Shown here: positions 18,490 to 28,931 of the stretch, piece after piece
Layout of the letters: every line of letters starts with the position of its first letter
How positions within the stretch are numbered: position 1 is the first letter of the stretch
From: an uncultured Gammaproteobacteria bacterium
Lineage (GTDB): Bacteria; Pseudomonadota; Gammaproteobacteria; UBA9214
Length of the DNA: 64,000 bases
Direction of reading: 5' to 3'
Assembly: GCA_963748215.1 (NCBI GenBank)
Contig: CAVVHS010000003.1
Span: 96,001-160,000, forward strand
Notes under the pieces: model-generated
Told to the model about the DNA's origin: nothing
The model's database searches: none
What the model saw: the letters and a program-made list of their open reading frames with translations, nothing else
Program-made: the position numbers and the translations under genes

Positions 18490-19533
18490 CTATAACGGCA
18501 ATTTGTGGGAGGACAGGAACGTCCAGATGTGGTCGTTTGTCAGTTCGCGTGTGACCGGACCGATTCTCTCCTCCGGCAAATACTGGAACCCGTTGGGCCA
18601 GGTATGCCCGCCGCCATTGATGCGGTAGCCGACGAGCGGTGCCTGGCAGCGATGCCAATCGAGCCGGGTTACCTGCGTACCGTCATCGAATTGATCCATC
18701 AAGTCTGTTGCTGTTACTTCATTGGAACAGCCGTTGATTTCACGCCACACGCGCATGCTGCGTTCTACACCTATGTATGCGCCTTCGAAACCCTTCGCAC
18801 CCTTACAGCTCGGCGTACCCCCGCCGTAGCGCCAGGCGCAATCGGCCGTTCCATGTATCTGCAGAACTGGAACAGGCCGATCCGGTTTGCAACCTTGAAC
18901 GGCGCTCACCTGGTTGGCGCCGGCCACTGCCGCGATTGCCGCAATCCGGTGTGGCATTTCACAAGCCAAACGATGTGCCATAGCGGCGCCGTTCGATATT
19001 CCCGTTACATAGACCCGTCGCATGTCAACTGGGTGACTGGCCGTCAGCGCATCAAGCAACGCGTTGAAGTAGCCAATATCATCGACATTATTTTCACACG
19101 CCAGTCCTGACGTGCAAATCCATTGCTTGTCAATATCACCGCCGCCGGCGTTCCACGTACGAATGCGTTTCAACAGCCGGCGCGACGTGCCTCGGGGAAT
19201 AACGATGATATAAGCATTGCGGGCCGCGTGGTTTGTGATGCAATCCTGATGTGTAAGTTTGCCGTCTGGACAGGTCACGCGAATGGCATTAATTGCGTCC
19301 GAGCCGCCACCATGGAGGACAAGAAGTGCTGGTGCCGGCGTTTTCAGGCCGCCTGGAACGAAAATGTCATAGGGCCGTTCCGGGTATCCCGGCAACGCGA
19401 CACGCTCGTGGAAACGGTGTTCCTTGAGGCCCGGATCTTGCGTGGCCGTGGTTTGCGTACAGGCTGGCCCGACCAACACAGCCAGTGTGAGCACAATTGC
19501 AGAGGCATGTGTTCCAGCCGGTCTCAAGCCCAT
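18490..19533 (-). CDS. PHB depolymerase/LpqC-like alpha/beta hydrolase, exported
   Basis: LHGGG, GISNG nucleophile, IHGTAD, GGGHTWP. Confidence 0.85.
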   Translation of the reverse strand: MGLRPAGTHASAIVLTLAVLVGPACTQTTATQDPGLKEHRFHERVALPGYPERPYDIFVPGGLKTPAPALLVLHGGGSDAINAIRVTCPDGKLTHQDCITNHAARNAYIIVIPRGTSRRLLKRIRTWNAGGGDIDKQWICTSGLACENNVDDIGYFNALLDALTASHPVDMRRVYVTGISNGAAMAHRLACEMPHRIAAIAAVAGANQVSAVQGCKPDRPVPVLQIHGTADCAWRYGGGTPSCKGAKGFEGAYIGVERSMRVWREINGCSNEVTATDLMDQFDDGTQVTRLDWHRCQAPLVGYRINGGGHTWPNGFQYLPEERIGPVTRELTNDHIWTFLSSHKLPL

Positions 19534-19635
19534 GCCGTTTCTCCTTGAACTCGCAATAATCCGACAGAATACTAGTCGATTGAAAAATACGAATAAACGG
19601 GGGCAGGGCACAATTTTCCCTGATATCAGGATTAA

Positions 19636-19780
19636 GGAAGCTCTGATTAATCCGTCATTCCGGGCGAACCCAGGACTTGATCCGGGGGGGGGAGACCCGG
19701 AATCCAGGTGTGGCAGTTCACGCCGTTACTGGATTCCGGCGCATGCCGGAATGACGAGCATTGAGTTAATCAGAGTTTCC
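19636..19780. mobile_element. MITE with 15-bp TIRs and TTAA flanks, inserted after a family B arm (19599-19630)
   Basis: TTAA-ggaagctctgattaa...ttaatcagagtttcc-TTAA (14/15 match). Internal gtcattccgg...ccggaatgac palindromes. Confidence 0.75.
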
Positions 19781-19916
19781 TTAAATCTGCTTGTCCCTGA
19801 TTGCCGCTTTGAACCCGGGCAGTCAGTCTCCCGGGTTCTTGCTGCCCGTGACCGCTTCCAATTAAGGGGCCGGATACATTACATTCACAATCAAGCCATC
19901 ACATACCACAGAACAA

Positions 19917-20603
19917 ATGCGTTCGATCCTTCGCCTCCTGCCCGCCATGCTGCTCTGTGGCGCGCATCCTGCCACAGCCGACATTCGCCTGGAGGCAGAA
20001 ACTGTCTACTACACAGGCCCCATCGCCGCCATACAGAATCAGGAATTATTTGGTCTCGTATCCGGCAGGGCTGTCAACCGGTTGATGATTACCTCCGCTG
20101 GCGGCGAGGTCGAAGCCGGTATCGCGCTGGGTCTGTGGATTCATGAAAGCGGCATCGACGTGGAGGTTCCGGAATACTGCCTGTCATCCTGCGCCAATTA
20201 CGTTTTCCCTGCGGGAAAGCACAAGACCATCCATCCGGGCGCAGTCGTCGCATGGCACGGGAATTACAATCACCTGGTGCGGACCGGACTCTGGCAGGAC
20301 GATATCGCCGGGCGCATGGAACGCCTCGGGGAAGATGACGCCACCGCCAGACAGCATGTGCGCACGCAGGCCGAGAGGCTGGCTCACCTGGAGCGGGATT
20401 TCTTCGAGCGCATCGGGGTCGATGAATACCTGTGCTGGATCGGGAAGCAGCCGCCCTACAAAGTCACCAACTATTATTTTCTCTCGGCCCGGGACATGGC
20501 TCGCTTCGGTGTGACAAAGGTGCGGACCCCGCCGGACTACGCCGGCACAGACGTCTCCGGCTTTGACTCACACCTCGTGTACATCGAGCTGAAAAATCAA
20601 TAG
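19917..20603 (+). CDS. Secreted hypothetical protein, ClpP/crotonase-like
   Basis: Signal peptide, ITSAGG, CLSSCANYVFPAG, VAWHG. Confidence 0.7.
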   Translation: MRSILRLLPAMLLCGAHPATADIRLEAETVYYTGPIAAIQNQELFGLVSGRAVNRLMITSAGGEVEAGIALGLWIHESGIDVEVPEYCLSSCANYVFPAGKHKTIHPGAVVAWHGNYNHLVRTGLWQDDIAGRMERLGEDDATARQHVRTQAERLAHLERDFFERIGVDEYLCWIGKQPPYKVTNYYFLSARDMARFGVTKVRTPPDYAGTDVSGFDSHLVYIELKNQ

Positions 20604-20689
20604 GAAAAATCAACCGGGTCAGACTCAACAAATAAATGGGACCAGAGCACAATTTCTCCTAATATTAGAGTTAATTGTGCTCAGGTCCC
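20595..20689. repeat. Degenerate family A arm followed by a family B doublet (20638-20689)
   Basis: aatcaataggaaaaatcaaccgggtcagactc; gggaccagagcacaatt...aattgtgctcaggtccc. Confidence 0.75.
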
Positions 20690-20756
20690 GATTGCCGGGT
20701 GAGTGGCACGTGTGCAGGGTCCGCTAACGTCGGGCGCAAAGAACAAGGTGATCGAT

Positions 20757-21707
20757 ATGAAACAGTTGCAAGCGGCAGTTACCCTCTTTTTGTCAACCAT
20801 GTCACTGGCTGCGTGGGCAGCGGATCCGCTTCCCGATTTTGCGGCGGAGCGGCTCAGCGACCGTGTCTGGGTAATACATGGCCCGACGGAATTGCCCAAT
20901 CCCGACAATCAGGGCTTTATGAATAATCCCGCCTTCGTGATTACCCGCAGTGGTGTGGTGGTCATCGACCCGGGTTCCACGCTCGAAACAGGGCGCATGG
21001 TGCTGCGACAGATCAGGCAGTTCACGGACCTGCCCGTGACTCATGTGTTCGCCTCGCATATTCACGGCGATCACTGGCTGGGTAACCAGGCCATCCGGGA
21101 AGTGTATCCAGCTGCCCGTTTCCACGCACACCCGGTGATGATCGAGCAGGCGAATGCGGGTGAGGCAAAAAGCTGGGTCGCAATCATGGAGCAGATGACC
21201 AAGGGCGCATCCAGGGGCACCGAAGCCGTCATTCCCGACCTGCCGCTGAAGGATGGCCAGGAGATCAACGTGGGTGATGTGACGTTCAGGGTCTATCTGT
21301 CAGACTGGGCGCACACCAGGACAGACGCGATGATCGAGGTTGTCGAGGATTCGCTGCTGGCAACCGGCGATAACGCCCTGTATATGCGCATCGGTCGTAT
21401 GGACGACGGGTCTTTCAGGGGCAATCTGTCTGCCTGTCAACAGGCGCTGGATCTGAAGTTGACACACTATATCCCCGGTCACGGTGCATCGGGCGGTCCG
21501 GAGGTGGTCAGGCCCTTCTGTGATTACCTGAAGATACTTTATGAAAAAGTCGCCGAATTGTACGCCGAGGGTATGAGCGACTTCGAAATGAAAGATGCTG
21601 TCGTCGAGAGTCTGTCGGCTTACCGGGACTGGTCGGGTTTCCAGGATGAAATTGGCAAGCACATCAGTCTCGCATTGCTCGAGATAGAACGGGCCGAATT
21701 CGAGTAG
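20757..21707 (+). CDS. Periplasmic MBL-fold metallohydrolase (SoxH-like)
   Basis: Signal peptide, SHIHGDHWLGN, AHT, IPGHG. Confidence 0.85.
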   Translation: MKQLQAAVTLFLSTMSLAAWAADPLPDFAAERLSDRVWVIHGPTELPNPDNQGFMNNPAFVITRSGVVVIDPGSTLETGRMVLRQIRQFTDLPVTHVFASHIHGDHWLGNQAIREVYPAARFHAHPVMIEQANAGEAKSWVAIMEQMTKGASRGTEAVIPDLPLKDGQEINVGDVTFRVYLSDWAHTRTDAMIEVVEDSLLATGDNALYMRIGRMDDGSFRGNLSACQQALDLKLTHYIPGHGASGGPEVVRPFCDYLKILYEKVAELYAEGMSDFEMKDAVVESLSAYRDWSGFQDEIGKHISLALLEIERAEFE

Positions 21708-21785
21708 CACGCTAGAGCGGTCGGGCGCAGCAGCCTGCCGGTGGTATTCAGATACTAATGCAGTGCCCGGTGCGGCTTTACCGAA

Positions 21786-22091
21786 TCAGTGCTGCTTTGT
21801 ACCGTTATGTGCCCTGGAGGAATGATCATTCTCGTCAGGAGGCAGCAGAACGGCTGCTGACCTGGGAATAGTCCAGTGGCTGGATCTGTACGGTTTGCCC
21901 CAGCGCTTGCTGATCGGCGGAATGGTCCACAGCCTGGTGTCCTGATTGTCCGCGCTTTGACTGTTCGGGTGTACATAGACGGCGTCGCCGGCGAACGCGG
22001 CTGGTGCCAGGACTAGCAAGGCTGCAATAAAAGACGCAAAAATTGCACAGAATGGTTGTGATTTCTTCATGACGGTCAAGCGTATGAACAT
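21786..22091 (-). CDS. Hypothetical small exported protein (possibly degenerate)
   Basis: Signal-like N-terminus ending AFA. The remainder is uninformative. Confidence 0.35.
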   Translation of the reverse strand: MFIRLTVMKKSQPFCAIFASFIAALLVLAPAAFAGDAVYVHPNSQSADNQDTRLWTIPPISKRWGKPYRSSHWTIPRSAAVLLPPDENDHSSRAHNGTKQH

Positions 22092-22236
22092 ATATCCGTT
22101 TCTGATTTCCTGGTGAGGCTGGCTTGTTATGTCTGTTTCCTACAGTACGCCTGGCAGTAACGGGTTGATATTGTCCTTAGGTATGACGCGGCCCGGTAAA
22201 GTCGAGTCTGCCCCTGCTGATTCATGAGTCACTGAC

Positions 22237-23022
22237 ATGCCTGCCTGGTTCAAGCGTTGGCGGCGCGGGCGTTATCTGCGCGACAGCCTGGTCCCTGAAT
22301 CCGATTTCACGCAAGTGCTCGAACGCCTGCCGGCCTGTAACGGTATGGACATCGGGGAGCAGGCTCGCCTGCGCCGGCTCGTTTCGCTTTTTTTGCGCGA
22401 GAAGGTGTTCGAGGCTGCGGGCCACGCCGAGATAGCCCTGCAGGACCGGCTGCTCATTGCCGTCAACGCCTGCCTGCCGATCCTGGATCTCGGTATCGAT
22501 GCCTATGACGAATGGACCACCGTGATCGTGTACCCGGATGAGTTCCTCGTCGATTACGAAGAAGAGGACGAGGCAGGTGTCGTGCACACCGGGCGCGACC
22601 TGCGCGCAGGGGAGGCCTGGGAGCGCGGGCCGCTGGTGATCTCGCTCAGGGACGTGCATGCACAGTCCGCCTGGGAAGGCTACAACGTGGTGATCCACGA
22701 ATGCGCGCACAAGCTGGATATGCGCAACGGTGTGCCGGACGGGTTTCCGCCGCTGCATCGGGGCATGTCAGTCAGGCGCTGGACCGAGGCCTTCACGCAG
22801 GCCTATGAGGATTTGCGCGGGCGCATCGAGCGCGACGAGGAAACGCCGATCGACGATTACGCAGCGGAATCGCCCGCCGAGTGCTTCGCCGTGTTCAGTG
22901 AATACTTCTTCGAAGCGCCGCGCCGCCTGCGTGCCACGTATCCGGCCGTGTACGAACAGCTGGTGCAGTTCTACCGGCAGGACCCGTCAGCACGACGAAT
23001 CAATAGGGTCAGACTCGATTGA
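22237..23022 (+). CDS. mtfA: MtfA/YeeI family zinc metallopeptidase (M90)
   Basis: IVYPDEF, GEAW..GP, NVVIHECAHKLDM, YAAESPAECFAV.SEYFF. The C-terminal INRVRLD is encoded by the repeat. Confidence 0.88.
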   Translation: MPAWFKRWRRGRYLRDSLVPESDFTQVLERLPACNGMDIGEQARLRRLVSLFLREKVFEAAGHAEIALQDRLLIAVNACLPILDLGIDAYDEWTTVIVYPDEFLVDYEEEDEAGVVHTGRDLRAGEAWERGPLVISLRDVHAQSAWEGYNVVIHECAHKLDMRNGVPDGFPPLHRGMSVRRWTEAFTQAYEDLRGRIERDEETPIDDYAAESPAECFAVFSEYFFEAPRRLRATYPAVYEQLVQFYRQDPSARRINRVRLD

Positions 23023-23067
23023 TTCGTCAATATTGCGTCAAATCAAAGAGGTCTGACTCTTTTGATT
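22998..23067. repeat. REP family A doublet
   Basis: aatcaatagggtcagactcgattgatt-cgtcaatattgcgtca-aatcaaagaggtctgactcttttgatt. Confidence 0.9.
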
Positions 23068-23078
23068 GGCGCCGGTAG

Positions 23079-24209
23079 TCAATCTCCCAGGTTCGTACCA
23101 ACCCGTCGCGCGCTCACCAGCCAGGGATGATCAGGCGGCACCAGTTTCTTGCGGCCTGCGACCTCTTCCAGTGGCATGGCCTCGGCGCCTTCGCCTCTGG
23201 CGGCCACCATCACGCCGCTGACGCCTTCATTGATCAGGTCGGCACAGGCGGTGCCCAGCCGGGTAGCCAGCAGCCGGTCGGCCGCCGATGGCGTACCGCC
23301 GCGCTGAAGATGGCCAAGAATGGTCGGGCGGCTTTCCAGCCCGGTGCGTTCCTCGAGCTGGTGGGCCAGCTTGAGGGCGTGATCGACACGCCCGGTCTCC
23401 ATTTTGCGGAGTGCTTCCTTGGCCTTCTTGCGCGCCTTTTTGTCATCGTTGTCGACGGTCTCCTGCAGTTTCTGCCTGGTAGTGCGCACAGCCTCAGCCT
23501 CGTCCAGTGACATCGCTCCCTCTGCAACGGCGACGATACTGAAGTTCCTGCCGCTCTTCATGCGCTGCAGGATCGCCTCGGCGATGCTGTCGATGTTGTA
23601 CGGAATCTCGGGCAGCAGGATCACGTCGGCGCCGCCGGCGATGCCCGCGCCCAGTGCCAGCCAGCCGGAACTGTGGCCCATGATCTCGACCACGATGATG
23701 CGATGGTGGCTGTGCGCGGTGCTGTGCAGGCGGTCGATGGCATCGGTGGCGATGCCCAGCGCGGTATCGAAGCCGAAGGTGACATCGGTGCCGAAAACAT
23801 CGTTGTCGATAGTCTTGGGCAGGGTGATGATGTTGAGGCCTTTCTGCTTCAGCTGCAACGCGTTCTTCTGTGTGCCGCCACCGCCGAGACAGACCAGTGC
23901 ATCCAGGTGGTTGGCCTGGTAGTTTTCGACAATGACGTCGGTCATGTCCTGGGTCTTGCCGCCCACCTTCATCTTGTGCGGCTTGTCGCGGCTGGTGCCG
24001 AGAATGGTGCCACCGACCGTGAGGATGCCGGAAAGGGAGCCGCTTTCCAGACGCACTGTGCGGTTTTCCACCAGTCCGCGGAAACCGTCCCGGAAGCCGA
24101 TCACCTGCATGCCGTACTCTTTCATGGCCGCCCTGGCGACGCCCCTGATCGCGGCGTTGAGTCCGGGGCTGTCGCCGCCTGCGGTGAGGATACCGATGTG
24201 TTTGCTCAT
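23079..24209 (-). CDS. pfkA: 6-phosphofructokinase (PfkA family)
   Basis: [48 protein letters not shown]. Confidence 0.92.
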   Translation of the reverse strand: MSKHIGILTAGGDSPGLNAAIRGVARAAMKEYGMQVIGFRDGFRGLVENRTVRLESGSLSGILTVGGTILGTSRDKPHKMKVGGKTQDMTDVIVENYQANHLDALVCLGGGGTQKNALQLKQKGLNIITLPKTIDNDVFGTDVTFGFDTALGIATDAIDRLHSTAHSHHRIIVVEIMGHSSGWLALGAGIAGGADVILLPEIPYNIDSIAEAILQRMKSGRNFSIVAVAEGAMSLDEAEAVRTTRQKLQETVDNDDKKARKKAKEALRKMETGRVDHALKLAHQLEERTGLESRPTILGHLQRGGTPSAADRLLATRLGTACADLINEGVSGVMVAARGEGAEAMPLEEVAGRKKLVPPDHPWLVSARRVGTNLGD

Positions 24210-24393
24210 ACTCTGCTTCCGTTGTGTGTCCGGGGAATGGTGTATTCTATCCCGTGACGGCATGGATTCAGCGAAGTAAAGGTTGTCAGGATGCATTTTT
24301 CGCTAATATCAGCCGGAAATGTGCTTTTGCACCATTATCTAATGCGCTTGCGTTGCCAGGCTGCGAAAAAAAACTGTATTCAGGAGGTAACCG

Positions 24394-24921
24394 ATGATTT
24401 CGAAAGACATGGCGGCCAGTCTCAACGCCCAGATCAATCGCGAGATGTACTCGGCGTACTTCTATCTGGGCCTGTCCGCGCAGGCCGAGACGGCGAATCT
24501 CAAAGGCGCGGCCGCCTGGTTCTTTGCCAAGCACGGAGAGGAGATGGCCCACGCCTTGAAGATTTACCGCTACCTCGTCGATCAGGACGCCGAGGTCCAC
24601 TTCAGCGAAATTGCTGCTCCGCCGGCCAACTCGGAGGGCATCATGCACATGTTCGAGCAGACGCTGGCGCACGAGCGTGAAGTAACGGGAGCCATCAACG
24701 AGCTAGTGGACAAGGCCCTTCAGGAAAGGGACCACGCGACCAACGTGTTCCTGCAGTGGTTCATCACCGAACAGATCGAGGAAGAGGCGACCGTGAACGA
24801 CATACTCGGCCGCCTGCGCCTGTTCGGTGACCAGGGTCAGGGCCTGTTGATGATCGACAACGAACTTGCCGGGTTGGCAAAACAGATGAGCCAGGGAATG
24901 GCAGCCGAAACCGGGGTGTAA
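24394..24921 (+). CDS. ftnA: Non-heme ferritin
   Basis: LNAQINREMYSAYFY, EEMAHA, HEREVT, FLQWFITEQIEEE. Confidence 0.92.
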   Translation: MISKDMAASLNAQINREMYSAYFYLGLSAQAETANLKGAAAWFFAKHGEEMAHALKIYRYLVDQDAEVHFSEIAAPPANSEGIMHMFEQTLAHEREVTGAINELVDKALQERDHATNVFLQWFITEQIEEEATVNDILGRLRLFGDQGQGLLMIDNELAGLAKQMSQGMAAETGV

Positions 24922-24971
24922 TCGCGGCGCATTATGGGAAAGAACAAACAACCGGGATCCGACCCCATTGA

Positions 24972-26085
24972 TCAGTCGCACATCCCGATGAGTTCTGAAG
25001 CGACTTCGTGGAGGAAGTCCTCCTTCGGATTTATCCCTTTGATCAGCGGTACCCCGCTCACCAGTGGCCAGTATCGGTCCTGCGTCTGGCTGGCCCAGAT
25101 AAGTTGCACTCCCGGGCCCAGTGGATACAAGGCGATAAGGCTGTCCAGACGAGGGTAGGATTCCAGGAACGTCCCGAATCGTGGATCGACTTCGGGCACT
25201 GGTGCGTAAGCGACCATATCCTGATACGTCGCGCGTCCCCTGGGAATCGGCGCGTCAGGAGGAGTCGACGTCGGCCTGATGAGTTGCATGGGCAATTTTG
25301 AACTCGCCAGCAAAATGCGTTCAAGCCGGGCCTCGAAGGTGCCGGACGAATCCCGGGGTACGGATCGTTCCAGATGCTTACCCATGTTGGTCAGTCCATA
25401 GAGCGTAACGGGGACGCGTGTTTCGGCGATCCCGACGCCGTCGGGCGGCCATCTGACGGGTGCGGCCGGATCGCCGCCCTGCGCGTGCTTCACCGCCTCT
25501 GCAAGCGCGCTCGTGCCGGAAAGTGCGGACTTCGTGTGCACTGGCAATGCGGCAAGAATGGCAGCGGCCCGCCCACCCAACCCCTGTTCGGCAAGCAGCG
25601 GCGCCAGAGCGGCGATCAATTCGGTCCTGGAATGTGCGCGAGTAAAAGCCTGTGCAGGGGCGGTCAGTCTGATTTCATGAAAAGGTCCCCATGTAAATTT
25701 CCCGGCAGCGAACTTGTGCTCCGTCCAGGCACCGTGGTACACATGCCTGGCAACAAGCGGTTTCCTGCAAGGCTGCAAGCTCCTTTCGAATCCGGCAAAC
25801 CGCCGTTTCCATCGGCGCTTCGTCAGCGAGCGGTGTGGGTGTTCCGTAGTCGAAGGGCTGTTGCGTTTGCCGCCAGAGGTAGAACTCCCGGCCCATCCAT
25901 CCGATCGCGCCAAATACCAGCAAAGCGATCAGCAAGACGATCATGTTCACGGCGCTGTGGGATCTGTAGTGAAATTGCAATTCGTCTCCGTTGGGTATGG
26001 TGCGCCACAAAAGGACAGGAAGGCGCGCCGACGAGGGCCATGAGAGCAGCACCGACCCGGCAGCGAATCTAATACCCAACCGCAA
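24972..26085 (-). pseudogene. Frameshifted hypothetical membrane protein
   Basis: Overlapping ORFs 25675-26085 (TM segments) and 24972-25913 look like one broken gene. Its stop abuts a degenerate family A arm at 24954-24972. Confidence 0.5.
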
Positions 26086-26093
26086 CGGGCAGG

Positions 26094-27158
26094 CTACTGC
26101 TCCAGGTTCGTATCACCGGCCGTGGGATTCAATCGAATGGAAACATGTGCGCCGGCATATTGTCCATTGGAACTGCGATTTACTGAAACGGGATTTACCG
26201 AGCCCCGGCAATAACGCTTGCCGATGCGACAAAAGAAATATTGCGTGTCATCGGTTTCGAGATCCAGCGCCAGGGTTGGCTGGTAACCGTCAACCGGTGC
26301 GCGCTTCATTTCCAGGTCGATCTTGCGCACATATCGACTCTGCGGCTGGAAAAGGATTACACCGCCATCGGCAGGGCCGAAATCCAGTATCGGTTCGACC
26401 GGTTTCCTGAAGCTGCTACTCGTACCGGGCCGCCGTACCTCCTGGGTGGCAATCTCCCCGTTCGCCGTTTTTTTCACCTTCAGTTCCAGGTAGAGGATAT
26501 CCCCGTCGAATTTTCTGAGCGTTGCTGTTTCTGTCAGTCGGCTAATCGGTTCCGCCCGGGAAGTCTGGCCAAACGACAGCGGTAACACTTCATTCCGATC
26601 CTGGCTCACGATCAGCATGCCGCTATAGTGTTCCAGCGCCACTCGCACACCGCGCTTCTCCAGCACTACCTTCTCATCGGTCTTGATGATCTCCCGGTTC
26701 GGGTTGTCATCGGCATAGGTGACATACTCCACTCGTTCGCGGTAGTAACCGTCCTTATTGAACTCCAGCCGGACGCCGGCACAGGCATCACAGGCATATT
26801 CAAACGACCCGTTCACCGGCTGCTCCCGGCTGCTCTCTTTCAGGTCCGTGCTTTGGAGTGAGTCATACTCCAGCGTAACGATCTCCATCACCACATCATC
26901 CAGAGGCTTGCCTTGCCCATCCACGATGATACCGGCAAGCCGGACCTTGCCACTGAATGACTGGCGCATCATTTGCTCATACAGTTTCATGGCTTCTTCT
27001 TGCTTGCCGGCCTCCATTAATTCCTGGATCTGCCGCGCGAGTTCCATCTGCCGTTGCGCGTCGCCTTGTGCGAGAGTACACGGAACTGAAAGAACGAAAG
27101 TCGCAAGTAACGCAAACAGAAATAGCAGGGGCTTAAGGACACTGGTCATGATGTTCAT
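26094..27158 (-). CDS. Secreted hypothetical protein with carboxypeptidase-regulatory-like beta domain
   Basis: Signal peptide, GIIVDGQGKPLDDV, LEFNKDGYY. Confidence 0.7.
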   Translation of the reverse strand: MNIMTSVLKPLLFLFALLATFVLSVPCTLAQGDAQRQMELARQIQELMEAGKQEEAMKLYEQMMRQSFSGKVRLAGIIVDGQGKPLDDVVMEIVTLEYDSLQSTDLKESSREQPVNGSFEYACDACAGVRLEFNKDGYYRERVEYVTYADDNPNREIIKTDEKVVLEKRGVRVALEHYSGMLIVSQDRNEVLPLSFGQTSRAEPISRLTETATLRKFDGDILYLELKVKKTANGEIATQEVRRPGTSSSFRKPVEPILDFGPADGGVILFQPQSRYVRKIDLEMKRAPVDGYQPTLALDLETDDTQYFFCRIGKRYCRGSVNPVSVNRSSNGQYAGAHVSIRLNPTAGDTNLEQ

Positions 27159-27314
27159 ACCTTTATGTTACAAGAGCGTCGGGAACAGGCAGAATAAATG
27201 CCCTTTTCCTTTCTCGTCAACGGATGTTCCCGGATCCATGGCGAATCAAGCGACCTGCCCACCTGGAGTGGATACATTATTACAAAAATGTCTCCGGCCG
27301 CTTTACGCCCTGTG

Positions 27315-28789
27315 TTACCAGCCAAGTAATGGAAACATCAACAGCAGGTCTGACAAGTCAATTTGGCCATCCGGTGCGCCAGCCGGGTAAAGATCACCGT
27401 GTTCCAGGTCGACAGAAGTGGCTGTTTCGAGACCAAGTACAATCCGTTGCATCAACAGTAAATCCCCGGCATTCACCATGCCATCCGGCGAACCTGACGG
27501 AGCAACGTCGCCATCACTGTGTGGCGAAAGATCAATATCATCCTGGATGCCATCGCCATCAGTATCTGTGGACAGCGGGTTGAGGTCGGTAATCGGGTTG
27601 TATGACGCGGGATTACCATCGTAATTCACTTCATCGTAGTCACTCAGGTTGTCTCCATCCGAATCGACGAGTAACGGATTTGTGCCGATAGTCCCCTCGA
27701 ATACGTCACTGAGGCCATCGTTATCGTCATCAGGATCGCAGGCGTCCCGAGTCCATCGCCGTCAGCGTCCGCCTGGCCGGGGTTGGCAATTGACGGACAG
27801 TTATCGGGGTTCTTGAGAATGGTGAAAGAATCCGGGGTGGTGCCATCACTCCGGACAAATGTTGCATCCAGGCGGTTGCCGTCAATATCCAGCACCAGTG
27901 AGCCAAGCAAATTAAGGGATGCATGGACCATTACCGGATGTTCCAGGGGGCCGCCGCTGATCTTGCCGGAACTGCCGGCCGTGATGTAGACGGCGCCCTG
28001 ATAGGGATCGACTTCATCATAAACCGCCTTGTAAGCACCGTCCCCGCCTTCCTGACCGTTGCCGGCGTCGATCTTCATGGCATTGGTAAGCGTATCGGAG
28101 CTGCCGTAGTGGCCGTTGAGCAGGAATGACCGCTCATAGGAATGACTGTGACCGGACAACACCAGGTCCACACCGGCCGCTTCCAGGATCGGCAGTGCGT
28201 TCTGGCGCATTTCAATCAATTGCGACTCGGTATCGGAATCGTGACTGCCCTTGGAATAGGGAGGGTGATGCCAGAAGGCGATAATCCACTGCTGCGATGT
28301 CGCTGCAATGTCAGCGCTCACCCATGTCATCATGGCCCCGGTCGAAAAACGGTCTGACTCGTGGGAATCCAGGCAGATAAAATGGATGTTGCCGTAATCA
28401 AAGGAATAGTAAGCCTCGGTGCCACTGGCCAGGCCACCCGCTTCGCCGGCTGTCGGTAAAGTAAAAATGTTGTAGTAGGGTCCAGTCTGTGTGGCTGAGG
28501 ACGCCGAAATTCCATCATGATTACCCAGTGTTGCCCAGAGCACGGATTTACGCAGCATCTGCGGGTAGGTGTCGAAAACAGCGGTCTGGTATTCACTGTC
28601 AGTACCACTGTTATAGGCGTTATCGCCCAGCATCAGCCACAGGTCGGTGTGGGTGCTGCCGGTAATGAGCTGTAGGCATTGGCCACGGCCTGTGCATCGG
28701 CATTTGCTGTGCCGGAATCGCCCAGTACCCAGATGCGGGTCGGCTTGCCGGTGCCGGTGACAGGTGAAGTGACAAACAGGTGGTCCAGC
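27315..28789 (-). pseudogene. 5'-truncated, frameshifted purple-acid-phosphatase-like metallophosphoesterase with TSP3-like and dockerin-like tail
   Basis: RIWVLGDSG, LGDNAY, LGNHD, WHHPPY, SGHSHSYER, DNCP..ANPGQADADGDG, GDVAP...DG.VNAGDLL spread across several frames. Confidence 0.8.
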
Positions 28790-28913
28790 ATCAACAGGGT
28801 CAGACTCGATTGATACGTCAACCGAACGTCTATTCAATCGAGTCTGACACCATTGATTTTGATTTAAATAAAAAAAGGCTGGATACATTATTACAAAAAT
28901 GTATCCAGCCCCC
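28790..28913. repeat. REP family A doublet (28790-28857) and family G hairpin (28877-28913)
   Basis: atcaacagggtcagactcgattga...tcaatcgagtctgacaccattgat; ggctggatacatt...aatgtatccagcc. Confidence 0.85.
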
Positions 28914-28931
28914 TTTATCCGCATTATCCAG

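Noticed and set aside
23079-24209. PPi-dependent PFK supporting a modified Calvin cycle with PPDK
   Set aside because: The sequence has GGGGT rather than the GGDD/GGED Asp typical of PPi-PFKs, and the genes are not clustered.
27644-28924. ORF-track N-termini containing ESDPID, TNQSSLT or CSEP peptides
   Set aside because: These are translations of the REP families, not shared protein domains. Starts were moved downstream.
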